The notes beneath the pieces are model-generated. The model saw only the letters and a program-made list of their open reading frames with translations. It was not told where the DNA came from and did no database searches. Both the position numbers and the translations under genes were made by a program. Of a stretch of 64,000 bases of DNA, positions 1 through 32,633 are shown piece by piece (position 1 is the first letter of the stretch; every line of letters begins with the position of its first letter). The DNA is from Salpingoeca rosetta (taxonomy: Eukaryota > Protista > Choanoflagellata). The stretch lies in contig JAWQFM010000007.1 of the NCBI GenBank assembly GCA_033442325.1, positions 2,110,208 through 2,174,207 on the forward strand, written 5' to 3'.

Positions 1-98
1 ACAGAGACACAGACACACACACACACACAGACACACACAGACACACACACACAGACACACACAGACACACACACACACACACACACACCAGTCGCACC

Positions 99-238
99 TG
101 CCCGCCAATGGAGAAGGTCAGGCCCCAGCCGTCAAACTCCTTCTTGAGCGCCTCCACGAACGTGCGGCGAACGCCGGCCTCCTGTGGTCATCAGCGGTCA
201 TGATGGCCACACATCTGGTGAGAACGGCGTTCAAAGTG

Positions 239-273
<35 letters not shown>

Positions 274-1475
274 GCGTCTTACCTTGTCAAAGGCCTCAAA
301 TGCGTTGCGCTCTGCACGGGAGCAGTTGCGGCCGATGGGCGAGACGTTCAGCATCCCGTTGCGGAACTCAATAAAGGTGCCGCTGTCAGCAAGCACGTGT
401 TTCGGGTGTGAGTCGGAAGTGCCTGGCGCGTGAGGAGGTGGAGGGCAAGCACAGGTCTCTCATTGACCTGGCGTCGCCTCTGTGAAGATCGACGCAGTCA
501 CAGGCACACACACACACACACACACACAGACACACAGACACACAGACACACAGACACACAGACACACAGACACACACAGACAACACAGACAGGCACTGTA
601 CCGCTTCTGGGGAATGTCGAGGTTGGCAATGTACTTGAGGCAGAAGTTGAGCAGCTTCTGCATCTTCTCCTCGCCAAGGAAGCCGAGGAAGCTCTGGCAG
701 AGAAGAAGGGCAAGTCAGGGCGTGTGTGAGTGTGTGTGTGTGTGCAAGTCGATGTCGCCAGATGGCAGCACTTGCGTGGAGAACAAAGGCGCGACGGACA
801 AGCAGCGTACCTGTGTGGCAAGCTCCTGCTCTCCCTTGAACGCGGTGAGGCCGTTCTCCGCAAAGCAAAAGTCGTAGGCGGTGCGCGCTGTGCGTGTGTG
901 TGTGTGTGTGCGTGTGTGTGTGCATGCACATTGGGAGAAGGAGGTCAGGCAGGAACACACAGACAAAGAGCTACACAGACAGACGCAGACACACAGACAC
1001 ACATACACACAACACACAACACACAAACACACAAACACACAGGCACAGACACACACACACACATACAACACACGCGCGCACACGCACACACACACGCACA
1101 CGCATGCAACACACACAGACACGCATACAACACAAACACACACGCACCAGTGCCGGCCATCTGCTCCTCGATCTTGTTGAGATCAGAGCCGCCGACGAGG
1201 CCGATGGCGCACTTCTTACGCAGCTTCTCCATGAACTCCTTCATCTCGGGCTGAATGACCTGTCACGGCGACGTACACGCCAGCACCATCAGACATGCAC
1301 AGCCATGTACACGATCATGGTGAATACGCAACACCCTCTCCAAACAACACTTCAAGCTCTCCCTCGACACCTGTCCCTGCGCGAAGCAACTGACCGAGCG
1401 GGCCACCGTCAAGGTGCCGTCGACGTCGAAGAGGCACAGTACATCCGGCTGTTCGCGGTCGGAGAAGTCACTCAT
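99..1475 (-). CDS. PMM: Phosphomannomutase (eukaryotic HAD-IIB PMM), multi-exon, 3' end runs off the window
   Basis: Spliced exons read [26 protein letters not shown] / [22 protein letters not shown] / [10 protein letters not shown] / [17 protein letters not shown] / [21 protein letters not shown] / [13 protein letters not shown]. The DVDGTL HAD motif and the [16 protein letters not shown] signature are PMM hallmarks. Confidence 0.96.
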
Positions 1476-1737
1476 GATGGCGAGGGTGGGGTCGGGACTG
1501 TGCGGCGGAAGGGGCAGTACTTTGTTTGTTGTGCTGCTTTGATGATGATGAATGCGCGTTTGTTGTTGTTGTTGCGGGAATTGTTTCCGTTGTTGTTGTT
1601 GTTTGTTGTTGTTGTTGGTTTGTGCCACGTCAGCTGGATGGATGGATGGATGATGATGTGGCAGTGGTTTGCTTGCCGTTGCGTTTGCTGCTTCTTTTAT
1701 GTTGAGCCAGCACCGTCCTTGCTTCCCGCTCCCAAGA

Positions 1738-1788
<51 letters not shown>

Positions 1789-1814
1789 ACACCACATGGC
1801 TTCGCTGCTTTCGA

Positions 1815-4800
1815 CTACGACTGCGGGTACAGCTTGCCTGGGTTGAGGAGGTTGTAGGGGTCGAGGGCGTGTTTGATTGCGTGCATGGCAGCAATGGCCG
1901 GCGCACCAAACTCTGCTGTCAGGAACTCGCGCTTCCCAACTCCAACGCCGTGCTGCAGCGGCAAGCGAGGTTGTGTGAGTGAGTGCGTGTGTGTGTGTGA
2001 GTGAGTGCGAGTGAGTGCGTGTGTGTGTGTGAGTGAGTGCGAGTGAGTGAGTGTGTGTGAGTGAGTGAGTGTGAGTGAGTGAGTGAGTGTGTGTGAGTGA
2101 GTGAGTGTGAGTGCGTGAGTGATTGTGTGAATGTGTGAGTGTGAGTGAGTGTGTGAGTGAGTGAGATGTTCTCATCAATGAGCGTTCCCACCTCGCCCGT
2201 GCACGTGCCGCCAAGATCAATCGCTTTTCTGCAAAGAGGAGGAGGAGGAGGCGGAGAGACGCAAACGTGAGCTCTGTTGACGTTCAGCGCGCGCGCGCAC
2301 ACACACACAGACACACACAGACACACACACACACACACAAACACAGACACACAAACACAGACAACCCTGGTCACACACTCACATACTCATAGCCCATTCA
2401 ACCCCAACCCCCCGGCCTCCTCTGACCTTGCGAGCGAGGCTGAGAGGTCGTGGACCCGCTGCACCTCGTCGCGGTCGTTCGCATCAAAGACGGTGATGCA
2501 GTGGAAGTTGCCGTCGCCGACGTGCCCCGCAATGGGCGCTGCATATGGCGTGGTCGAACAGACAGGAGGCGGTAGCAGGCAGAGTGTGTGAGGGAGAGAG
2601 GGAGAGAGAGAGAGTGTGTGTGTGTGTGATGGTGGTGTGGCGAGAATCACACAGTGTGTGTGTGAATGCGTGTGTGCGCGAGCGCCTAACAACGGATTCA
2701 AGCCAACATGCTGTGTCGTCTGTTCCAAAACAGACACAGACACAGACACAGACACACAGATACACACACAGACAGACAACGGCCAGACCTGTGAGGTTGA
2801 GGCGGTGAACCTCGTGCGTTGCGTGATGCACCATAGCCGGGAGCTGCGAGATGGGGACACACACGTCTGTCGAGTACCCCTTGGCGCCAGGACGAAGCGA
2901 CAACGCAGCATACCTGGGCAACATGGAGCACATGCACACGTAAGCACACGCATGTGTCGAGGAGGGTGTGTGAGCAGGGATGGCAGAGGGAGGTGACTGG
3001 TGGTTCACATCAGCTTCGCGCGTGCGAATGAAAACCAGAATAGACAGGACAAACGCACACTCCTCCACACGAGTGCATGCAAGCACAAAACAAGCCACGA
3101 CAGGACACACCCACACCCACATGCACATGGACATGCACATGCGTGGGTCATCCCCTCAACCTCACCACGCGTTATGGCGGGCCTCCCAGAGTTTATTGCG
3201 CGTTTCAATGTCGTGCGCGTGTGCGAATGCGTCGCCGCCGTTGTCGGCTGCCAGCTCCTGTGCAAACGAAATCTGCTCATCCAGCGACGAGGCACTGAAG
3301 CCTGAAGTGTTGGGATGGAGGGGGATGGGTGGCGCATGGAGGGAAGGGAAGGGTTGTGGTGTTGGCGTGAGTTGGAGATGAAAGGGTGAGAGTGTACAGG
3401 AAGAAGAACTGGGCAAATCACACACACACAGACACACACAGACACACAGACACACAGACACACACACACAGACACACACACACGCACACACACATCAGCA
3501 CACACAAACCATGGAATTCGAGGAAGAGGTGTGGCTTCTCGACGTATTCTGTCGTTTTCTTGAATGTGTTGAACGCTTTCATCATGCCGGCATCAAGCAG
3601 CTCTGTTGTGCACACGCACACACACACACATGTGCGTGAGCAGCAATCGCACGCCTGTGTGCAGACATATGCACAGCCAAGGGAGCAAATCACACCACAA
3701 TCAACCCACCCACCAACCAACCAGCCATCCTCGGCCCGGCTCACACGAGCTGCACCACCCTGCCTCCCCTCTCCCTCATCATCACCCCACTCCACCCCCT
3801 TCTTCCTCCTTCAACAGCATGCGTACCCATGCGTGCGACGGGGATGTTGCACTGGATAATCTGCGCGGCCGTCTGGCTGGCCTGCTCCACGCTGTCAAAC
3901 GCACACACCGCCGACGCCACGTGCTCGGGCTGCCCCTGAAGTTTGAGCGTGGCTGCCGTGATGATGCCCAGCGTGCCCTCGGAGCCAATCAGCAGATGCG
4001 TCAGGTTCAGCCCCGCAGACGACTTGGGCGCCCGGCCCTTTGGAGGAGGAGTGAGGTTGTGAGTGAGATTGTGAGTGAGATTGCGTGTGAGTGTGTGAAT
4101 GAGGTTGTGAGTGAGTGCGAGTGAGTGCGTGTAAGTGTGTGTGTGTGTGTGAGTGCGTATGTGTAAATGTGTATGTCTGTGTGATTGTGTGTGCGACACA
4201 AAGTTACGGTTTAGCTGTCATACAAACAAGTCTGTCTTCACGATAACATAACACTGATGACCAAGCAACGTGCACACCCGCATTTGTCCCCCTCCTTGTC
4301 GCAAACACCAAAATCACCGACCACCACACGCCACGAACCTTTGGTCCTGCGGTGTGCATGATCTGACCATCAGCCATCACCACCTGCAGATTAAGCACAT
4401 TGTCGCGCATTGTGCCATATCGAACAGCAACGGTGCCAGACGCACCCGTGGCGCACATGCCACACAGCGACGCATCTTGTGGTGTCGCGTTGTGTGGCGG
4501 CGGCGGGCGGTGACATGACATGATGGCGAGGAGGATGTGCGTGCAAGGTAAACGATGGAATGATGGGGCAAGGCGGCAGCACACATTGTGGTGAAGACAC
4601 GAGAACGTGAGTGACAAAAGAGAAAAGATTGCCACAAATGATATTCACAGACAGGAACGCAGGCACATCGAGAGAAAGGAAGAGACAGACAGAGAGAAAC
4701 GGAGAAAGAGAAAGAGTGAAAGAGTGAAGCCGGGCCGTGCAACCAATCTCCAACACACACACACACACATCAAGATGTACGCACACACAGACACAGACAC

Positions 4801-5461
4801 AGACACACAGAGACACGCACAGCCGAGCAGCCGAAAGACGGTTGAGTGGAAAAGGACATACCGGCGCCAGGGTCGATGGGAAACCAAAGGCCTGTGTCGC
4901 GAAGATGCGCGTTGAGTGATTTGCGCGTCACGCCAGGCTGCACCGTGCATGTGGCATCCTCCGTGTTGACATCGACGATGGCGTCCATCTTGGACAGGTC
5001 AATGCACACGCCTCCCTGTCAAGCAGAACAGTGTTGTTCAGACACGCGTCACGCCATGCGACCACATGTGCTGATAGAAGACGAGGGAGGAGCAGCATGG
5101 GGCAGCGTGGGGCAGTCCTCACGACAATAGCGAGAACACGAAGAAGGAGAGAGCGTGGTGAAAGTGCAATGAGCCCGGAGCAGCTGCGGGTAGGGTGGTG
5201 TGCGTCTCACCGAAGGTGCGCTCACGCCGCTTTCCAGCCCCGTGCCTGTGCCAAATGGGATCATGGGTACGCGGTGCTGGTGGCATACTTGCGCCACAGC
5301 GCTTACTTGCTCAACGCTGGTTGGATAGACCACTGTGCAGTGCGTGCAGTGGATGCAGAGAATGTATGGGACAAGCCACGCGCACAGACACGCACATACA
5401 CAACGGCATACAGAATCACACAGCCACACAGGTAATCACAATCGCATTTCCGCAATCACAA

Positions 5462-5492
<31 letters not shown>

Positions 5493-5810
5493 AACAACAA
5501 ACAAACAACAAACAAACGCACGCTATCACACTACCTGCATCTGGGAGGTGAGGTGCATGAAACGATTCGTCGTGCGAGTGTTGGTCCCGCACGGCCGTGG
5601 CCGTGGTCACAGCTTGCTTGCCAAGTGCAGCTTCCAACTCCTTCAACGCTGCAGATACCACCGCAGCACCCACCCGCGAGCCTTCTGCAGGCTGCTGCTG
5701 TTGCAGTTGTCGATGTGTGTGAAATGACGCAACACCAGCACTGCATGCACTGCGTGCACTGCGCAGCCGCACAGCCATACCCACACGCCTCAGATCGCTC
5801 GTGCGCGTGG

Positions 5811-5842
<32 letters not shown>

Positions 5843-5952
5843 GCTGCTGTGACAGCACTTGCTGCCCTCCTCGCCGCAGCATGGCGAAGGCTCGTGGTGG
5901 TGCAGCAGCGGCAGGTGCTCTGCTGCCTCGCAACGCCCCAAGTTCGGAACAT
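1815..5952 (-). CDS. LDHD: Mitochondrial D-lactate dehydrogenase (FAD-linked oxidase, LDHD/DLD1 family), multi-exon
   Basis: Exons read [131 protein letters not shown] and [11 protein letters not shown]..stop. The N-terminus is Arg-rich and transit-peptide-like. The start codon is inferred. Confidence 0.93.
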
Positions 5953-6050
5953 TTGCGGGTGGTATTCATAGAAATCAGCAAAAGCAGGCAGAGGGAGGCA
6001 GTAACATTCGCCAACAGCACTCATCACCTGCACCATCTCTGACCAGCACG

Positions 6051-6534
6051 ATGGCAATCACAGCGGAGAGCATCCGTGCGAAGCTCCAAGATGCACTGGA
6101 GGCACAGCATGTTGAGGTCAGAAGTCATGTGTGTGTGTGATGTGTGTGTGTGATGTATATGATGTGTGATGTGTGATGTGTGTGTGATGTGTGATGTGAT
6201 GTGTGTGATGTGTGATGTGTGTGTGATGTATGTGATGTGATGTGTGGATTGTATGCATTTGCTCTGATGATTGGTTTGCACGGGCTGCAACATCCACGCT
6301 CAACATTACCCCTCCCTCCCTCCACACACACACACATGCGCACACGCACTCCATCTCAGGTTGAGGACACTTCTGGTGGGTGCGGCCAGGCTTTTGAGGC
6401 GGTGATTGTGTCAACACAGTTCCAGGGCTTGCCTCTTCTGAAGCGGCACCGCCTCGTCAACACTGCCCTCGAAGACGAACTCAAAGCCATCCACGCCTTC
6501 TCTCAGGTGAGCGTGCTCTCGCCTGTTACGTTGT

Positions 6535-6573
<39 letters not shown>

Positions 6574-6789
6574 TGCGGCATGTCATGCTGCAGGGATGTG
6601 TTGCGTGACTGTTTCTGACGGGTGTGCGTATGTGCCCTCGTGAGTTGTGACATTATGCTGGGTTCAGTTGCATGTTGTTGCGACCTATGTTTCACGGCCA
6701 CACATTCATCGACGCATTGTACGCTTACTTGCGACCAGAAAACGTACACGCCAGAGCAGTGGACCAAGATCCAAGAAAAGGCTGCGTGA
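6051..6789 (+). CDS. BOLA2: BolA-like protein 2 (Fra2/BOLA2 type), 3 exons
   Basis: MAITAESIRAKLQDALEAQHVE / VEDTSGGCGQAFEAVIVSTQFQGLPLLKRHRLVNTALEDELKAIHAFSQ / KTYTPEQW..; contains the BolA2 SGGCG and IHA motifs. Confidence 0.93.
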
Positions 6790-7200
6790 TAAGGGCAGCT
6801 GTTGCGTGCGAGGCCATGTTGTCGTCATAGTGAATCAGTCACCCCTGGCCTCACATTTCCTTTCAATCCACAACACCACTTCACACTGACATTGCTGGGG
6901 GGGGGGGGTTGGCTCAGGGTTGGTGCTGCTTGTTGTTTCTTAGATGCATAGAAGACAGATCAGAACAAGGCCAATGGATGATCTACAGCCATGAAATGGA
7001 TACAAAGGGAGCGAGAGACAGAGAGAAGGAGAGAGGGGTGGGAACATATCGAGGGAAGGGAGAAGAGGGGCAAACACATACACACACAGACACACACAGA
7101 CACACACAGACACAGACACAACACACAACACACAGACACACACAGACACACACGCACACACACACGCACACACACACACACACATATGACTGCCACGTCG

Positions 7201-8086
7201 TTACTGGTCCACGGGCTGCACACCAATGTCCTCTTGCTCCATGTCCAGTTCATCCACATCAGCGGTGTCACCACCACCACTACCGCCGCCACCGCCACCA
7301 GCGCCTGTCGACTGCTCATGCAACAGCACGTACTCGCGGGTACTGAATCCAAACTTGAGCGCATCGCGTTCCCGCAGTTCGTAGTAGCGCCGCGGCTCAA
7401 GCTCCTTGCCGTTGAGTGTCGTCTTGTTTGTGCTGCAGCGGTGATGATGGTGGTGTGGTGGTGGTGGTGTGCCACGCGCACATGTGTGTGTACGTGTGTG
7501 CATGTGAGTGCATGTGTGAGTGTGAGTGCATGTGTGTGTATGTGTGAGTGTGAGTGTGTGTGCAATTGTACAAGTATGTACGTGTACGTGTGTGTGGTAA
7601 TAAGAAAGCTGGGGCGAGCAGCATGATACGTGCACAAAGCAGTTGAAAAGCATGCACACAGAACATGCAAGAGCCAAATGTGTGTTTGGGCGCACCTGCC
7701 AAGGTCCATGATGTATGGCTTGATGATGTTTTTGGAACGGGCACCGGCCTTTTGCGGCACGAGCCGAAATTGAATCACTACATGGTTGGTTTGGTGTGAA
7801 ACAGGAGGAGGGGCGGGGGAGGTGAGCGGGGCGTAGGATGAGGTGGACGCAGCCCAACAGCGCAATTGGCACATGAACCAGGCGGGCAACGATGTGGATA
7901 CCAGATACAAATATACAGAATGAATGGGTTCACAAACACAGACACAAATGCACGCGCACAGACAGATGCGCACAAAACCAGCCACAAACACACAAACATG
8001 TACAGACACACACACACACACGAATGCACTGACACACACACACACACACACTCTCTCTCTCTGTCTCTGTCTCTTTGTCACACACG

Positions 8087-8124
<38 letters not shown>

Positions 8125-8932
8125 CACACACACACACACACACACACTGACCGGCGTGCTGTTTTGAGATGGATGGGTGGAGCATGGGAATGTCGGAGAC
8201 AGAGTCATCTCGACCAATGAGGTAGCACGACTGGCGATGAATGTAGATGAGGGGCAGAAGCTCGTCGCCCTTGAAGGGATACAGGCGCCAGCGCAGCTTG
8301 GGCTTGCGCGCCTCCGGCGGCTCAACATGCTGAATCACAACACCCTTGAATGTGTTGGCGTCATTGAAGAGCAAGCCAGATTGCTCAAAGTTGGGCAGCT
8401 CCTTGGGCTTTTGCTCTTCATCACCATCTTCGTCATCGTCACCATCCTCTTGAGGGCCCCATCGCTCCTTGCCGGGTTCAACGCCTTCGTCGTTGTCGTT
8501 CTGCTCTTGACGCCACCTTGGCCGCCGCGGTCCGCGACCACCACGCTCTCTCTCTTCACGCAGAGGCGGTGCCTGCGGTGCCTGCGGTACCTGTCCTTCC
8601 CGCCGGGGTTCTTCTCGCGCTGCGCGTTGGTGGAAACGTTCGTTACCGCCACTGTTCCTGGCGGTGCGGTCGTGACGCTGCACATCGCGCTGGCCACGGC
8701 GGTGACGGCTTGCATTGCGGTCATGGTCGTCGTCGTCGTCGTCATCCCACCGGCTTCTTCTTGTGGGCTTCCGGTCGTCCCTGCCCCGCCGCGTGTCTCC
8801 ATCACCGCCATCATCATCATCATCTCTCCTCCTCCATGGTTCATCCCCTCGCCTGCCGCGGCCCTGCCTGCCAGGCGGAGGGCTGCGGCTGCGACTCCTG
8901 CTGCCTCGTCTGCCGCTTCGCTCCATCATCAT
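7201..8932 (-). CDS. SNIP1: SNIP1/Pml1-like FHA-domain protein (RES complex)
   Basis: RS/RD-rich N-terminus, then [51 protein letters not shown] / VIQFR..KPYIMDL / [31 protein letters not shown]. Confidence 0.93.
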
Positions 8933-9179
8933 TGTGGAAAAATAATAGATGACACAACCACTTTTCGGCTGACGCACAACGCTGCTGACCCACACAACAA
9001 ACAACAAGTGAGGAGGGTCTTGCTTCTTTCCCTTTTGGTGGTCTGTGATCGCTGGCTCATTCATCTCATGTACCCCGTGATCCACAAGCAGGCGTCCACT
9101 CGTTTGTTCAGGTGATTGCTGGCTGGCCTGATTGCCTCACTGCTCCCCATTGCCTCTTTGCTTGCGCAGCAGCAGCACC

Positions 9180-15205
<6,026 letters not shown>

Positions 15206-15334
15206 GCGCAAGGTGGGGGGGGGGGGGGAACACCGCTTTGGCCAAGTCGCCTGCACTCAATTGTTGTTGGGCGCATGCGTAGTTGTGTGTGTGTGTGTGT
15301 GTGTGTGTGGTTGGGCGCATGCGTAGTTGTGTGT

Positions 15335-15370
<36 letters not shown>

Positions 15371-15761
15371 ATGTGCGTGTGTGTGTGCGTCTTCATTCCA
15401 TTCCACCGTTTCCATTGCAACCGTGCCATGTCATGCCGCGCCATGCCGTGATGTTCGCCTTCAAACTGTTACATGTGTTGCTTGTGTTGTTGCGTCACAT
15501 ACGCACTGTTGTTGTGCTGTGAGCAACAGGGTGACCTGCGCGGTATCACATCAAATCACACCAGTAAACGTCGTTCACACACAGACACAAACACAGCACA
15601 CACAGAACACACGATCCAGTGAGGCGCGAGAATGTGTTGGTGCTGTGGCGAATTTTCCCGACTTGCACCACCAAAGACAACCCAAACAAACAAACCCAGC
15701 CAACAACAACAACAGCAGCAGCACCCTCACATCGCTCGCCCAGAAACACTGCCTGCCAGTC

Positions 15762-21047
<5,286 letters not shown>

Positions 21048-21613
21048 TTTGATAAGTCTCGCAATGTGATGGTTTGTTTGCACACTCTTTTCTCTGAACG
21101 ACCCCGTAAACGATTGCTCGTCAACTCTTCTCTGCCCTCAACGCCTCAGTCGCCGTGCGGATCAAAACAGTTGATGTTGGTGGTTTGTATTGAGAGAGTG
21201 ACGAGTGGCCATCACAGCACGACACAAAGACGTGAAGCAAAAGCCAAATGGAGAATAAAAAGGTTCCCCATGGGGTAGGTCAATGGACAGAGAAGGGATC
21301 ATCACAACAGGACACGCCTGAGAGAGCCACGCGCAACACGAACCAAGCCGGTGGCAACCAAACGCTCATGGTGTGGTCACAAGCACGAGAACGTGTGCTG
21401 CAGGGGCAGCTTCAGAGCGAGCAACATTGATCAAAGACAAAAGGCAAAGAGAAAGAGTGGATGGATTCAAAGTCAAGCAAGCACATGCGGCAGTCCCAAT
21501 TACGTGCAGCGACACAACAGAGTTCACGATGCAACGAGGCAGCGGTGACAAAAAAGTGTGATCAGCACGCAATCAGCGCAGCAGCACAAGCAAGACGGCG
21601 TCGGTCAGGACGC

Positions 21614-22015
21614 TTAGTACTCCTGGCTCTGGGAAGCGGCCTTCTTGCCACCCTTGCCCTTGGGGATGAGGTTGCTGTGGATGTGGGGGAGGACACCACC
21701 CTGGGCGATGGTGACGCCAGAGAGGAGCTTGCTGAGCTCGTCATCGTTGCGGACGGCGAGCTGGATGTGGCGGGGGTTGATGCGGTGCTTGTTGTTGTCA
21801 CGGGCAGCGTTGCCGGCGAGCTCGAGAATCTCAGCGGCGAGGTACTCCATGATGGCGGCGAGGTACACGGGGGCGCCGGCACCGATGCGCTGGGCGTAGT
21901 TGCCCTGGCGGAGATGGCGGTGGATACGGCCAACGGGGAACTGCAGACCGGCGCGGGAGGAACGGGTCTTGCTCTTGCCAGTGGAGGCCTTGCCAGACTT
22001 GCCACGACCAGACAT
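21614..22015 (-). CDS. H2AX: Histone H2A with C-terminal SQEY (H2A.X type), intronless
   Basis: [40 protein letters not shown]. Confidence 0.97.
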   Translation of the reverse strand: MSGRGKSGKASTGKSKTRSSRAGLQFPVGRIHRHLRQGNYAQRIGAGAPVYLAAIMEYLAAEILELAGNAARDNNKHRINPRHIQLAVRNDDELSKLLSGVTIAQGGVLPHIHSNLIPKGKGGKKAASQSQEY

Positions 22016-22297
22016 GGTTGCTTGTAGTTGTTGGGGGGTTGGAAGAAGGAGGGTGAAGCGGCGGTTGAGGGTCCTGAGACTTGATTGGATAGCAGCAGAT
22101 GAAAATGAACCGAACAGGCAGGCACACTCCACAATCACCCCGACCATCCGTCGAAGTGGTGGTGCTTGGTGCTTGGTGCAACGGCGCCAGTGCCGTTTTC
22201 CCTGCTTGGTTTGTGTGGCTTTCGCAGAGGCGCGGGCGTTGTCCCTTTAATGCAAGAAAGAAAGGGCGAATTTTCGTAGACGGTGTCTGTTTGTGCG

Positions 22298-22337
22298 TTG
22301 GCGCGAAACAAAACAAATTCTCTCTTTGCCCGCCAAA
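22298..22337. promoter_or_regulatory. Two E2F-like sites in the divergent H2A.X/H4 promoter
   Basis: TTGGCGCGAAA at 22298-22308 (reverse complement TTTCGCGCCAA) and TTTGCCCGCCAAA at 22325-22337 (reverse complement contains TTTGGCGG). Confidence 0.5.
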
Positions 22338-22348
22338 CACGTTGGTGA

Positions 22349-22855
<507 letters not shown>

Positions 22856-23475
22856 GCGAGCCAACCTCCACACTCACTTGCACGCAACGCATGCACAATC
22901 TTCATTGTGTCATGCTTTCGTCCTGTCTTGCCCATCTCTCTACCACTTGTCCCATAACCTTGATTGATTGACCTTGTATAAGCATGTTGTGATTTGCTGC
23001 TTGTCCACTGGCACGGCACACTTCATGTTTAGACTGTCTTCTCCCCCTCCCTAAGCGTGTGTTCTGTTTTGCCCTGAGAATGATGTGAGCTGCGCTACGT
23101 TTCTTCTCTTTGTTGGCGTGTGCGCGCTCCTCTTCTTTGATGAACTGGGATCCACACCATTAAACCTCCCCCCAAACTTATTTCGTGAACTGAGCAACAG
23201 CAATTGTGTGTGAGCGGAGGAAGAGTTAGGGGACTGCATGCCACTGAGCACGTTTGACGCTGCTGCAGTCAGGATAGGGTAATAGTGCTCGCAGAGTAAT
23301 CAAAACACTGCACAGCATACATAAAGGTGGGTTCGCTGATTCACATGTGTTTTTATTGGTTTTGGGCCGGCCAGGCAGTGTACTGGAGGGAAAAGGAAGA
23401 CTGTTACAAGGAAGCATGCATGCGCGATGGTGGTATTGCAAGCAAGTGTGTGATGTGATGGTGACACACGCGAGT

Positions 23476-25844
<2,369 letters not shown>

Positions 25845-26780
25845 GGTGGTGGTGATGGAGCTACGCTGGCTGGGTTGTGGCTTGTTGGTTGGTCGGCAGT
25901 GGCAAAGGGAGCAAGGTGGAGAGAAGAAAGGCACCAGAAGGAAACATAGGGGAAGATGTTGCGAATCGCCCAAACACACTTTGCTGCATTATATGTTGTC
26001 GCAGACTGGTCTCTCGATCGCGACCCATCGCGACCCAACGCGACTCCAACGCTGTTGGGCCCAAACGCAACCATCTTGCGTACACGCCTTGCGAATACTG
26101 ACTGACATGGCCAAGAGAGTGAAAGTGGTGCCTGGCGCCAGCGCTTGCTTTGGCCCGCTGCTCGACACAGTTTCGCATCGCACACGTTTCAATATTTTCA
26201 GTGGTTGGGGCTGGCTGCCACAACAACCACCCGACGTGTCAAGCAAGCAACCACACCAAACACAACAACAACAACAAAGATGTCACATCATCATCATCAT
26301 GTCACACCTTCACACCCCCACACCCCCCACACACACAAGCATCCCACGTCCACCAACAACCACCACAACAGCCAGCCAATTCAATATGAGGGCTGACAAG
26401 ATGTCGTTCATTGCACGGAAGTGAGAGTCAAAGGCACGCAGCGTGGATGTGACAAGAGCAGAAAGCCCCCTTAAGTGTCCCAACCAAACCGACTGACATG
26501 TCTGTCTCACCACCACCACGAGACAAGACAAAGGCAGAAAATACACAGACGGACATGCCTTCGAGCAGCAGTCTCGTTCTGACCCGACCAGCAACATCGG
26601 CCTGCGTCCAGTCCTCTCGCCACTCAGCACTTCCGACCGCCACAGCAAACCGCCATGCTCTGGCGTGTTCGGTTGACAGGTTGGCTCATTTCCTTCTCTC
26701 TTTCCCCGCACGCAACTGTTTCTGTGTGCCTATCCTTTCTCTCTGGTGGCGACATTTGCTTTGCTGGTCGGGGAGCGGAG

Positions 26781-31630
<4,850 letters not shown>

Positions 31631-31687
31631 TTCTCTGTGTGGTTTTGTTGCGTTTGTGTGTATGTTTTGTGTGTGTGTGTGTGTGTA

Positions 31688-31768
<81 letters not shown>

Positions 31769-32338
31769 TCGATATGTTCATATGCATGTGTTGTGCGCGT
31801 GTGTGCGCGTTCATTTGTGCGTGACACCTGTGGTGTTTCAAAGGGGAACGATTAGCCGAGTGCTTTCGCGTCTGTGTGCACTGTTCTGTTAAGCATCATC
31901 GCAATTGTCTTCAGTGGACTGGTCAAGTGTTACGTATGCGTGTGTATGAGCAGACGCGCGTGTTCATTCGTCATCAACGTTCATCCATTCTGAAAAACAT
32001 ACACACCCAGTGACAGCAAATCAAGCGATCCTCGTGGAGGAAATACACACACACACACATACACACACACTCGCTCGGAAAGAAACTAGTGGAAGAAGTA
32101 AAGCCGCTGACACACACGCACACGCACACACACTGACTATTGAACTGAGCGGCACCATTGTTGCCAGTGTAAGCACCACACGCAGCATGCACGAGAAAGG
32201 AATGTGGGATGCTACTGCGACTCGAACAGATGCAGCAGCAACAGGCACGGCGAGGTGAACTGGAAATGGGTGGAGGGCACGACCAAGTTAGAAGGACGAA
32301 GAGAAAGGGTGAGGTGGAAGGGGGTTGTGGTCTTGTGC

Positions 32339-32534
32339 CTACACGAGTCGGGTGGACATGTTGATTGTCTCTGCGCGCGGTTTCACACCGGCGCTTGTCA
32401 GCGCATTCGATTGCACCTCCTGCATCTGCCCAAGCACATCCTCCTGCGGTCATGTGTGTGTGTGTGTGCGCACGTTGTGTTGTGTTGTGTTGTGTTGTGT
32501 TGTGTTGTGTTGTGTTGTGTTGTGTTGTGTTGTG

Positions 32535-32633
<99 letters not shown>

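Noticed and set aside
26010-26045. Repeated ATCGCGACCC motif between AK2 and the cyclase
   Set aside because: Could be a promoter element, but it is short and not seen in the other promoters here.
26386-26424. Possible upstream coding exon (MRADKMSFIAR|gtgag) for the cyclase
   Set aside because: H-NOX domains normally begin at MYG and I found no convincing in-frame acceptor; it may be UTR or a uORF.
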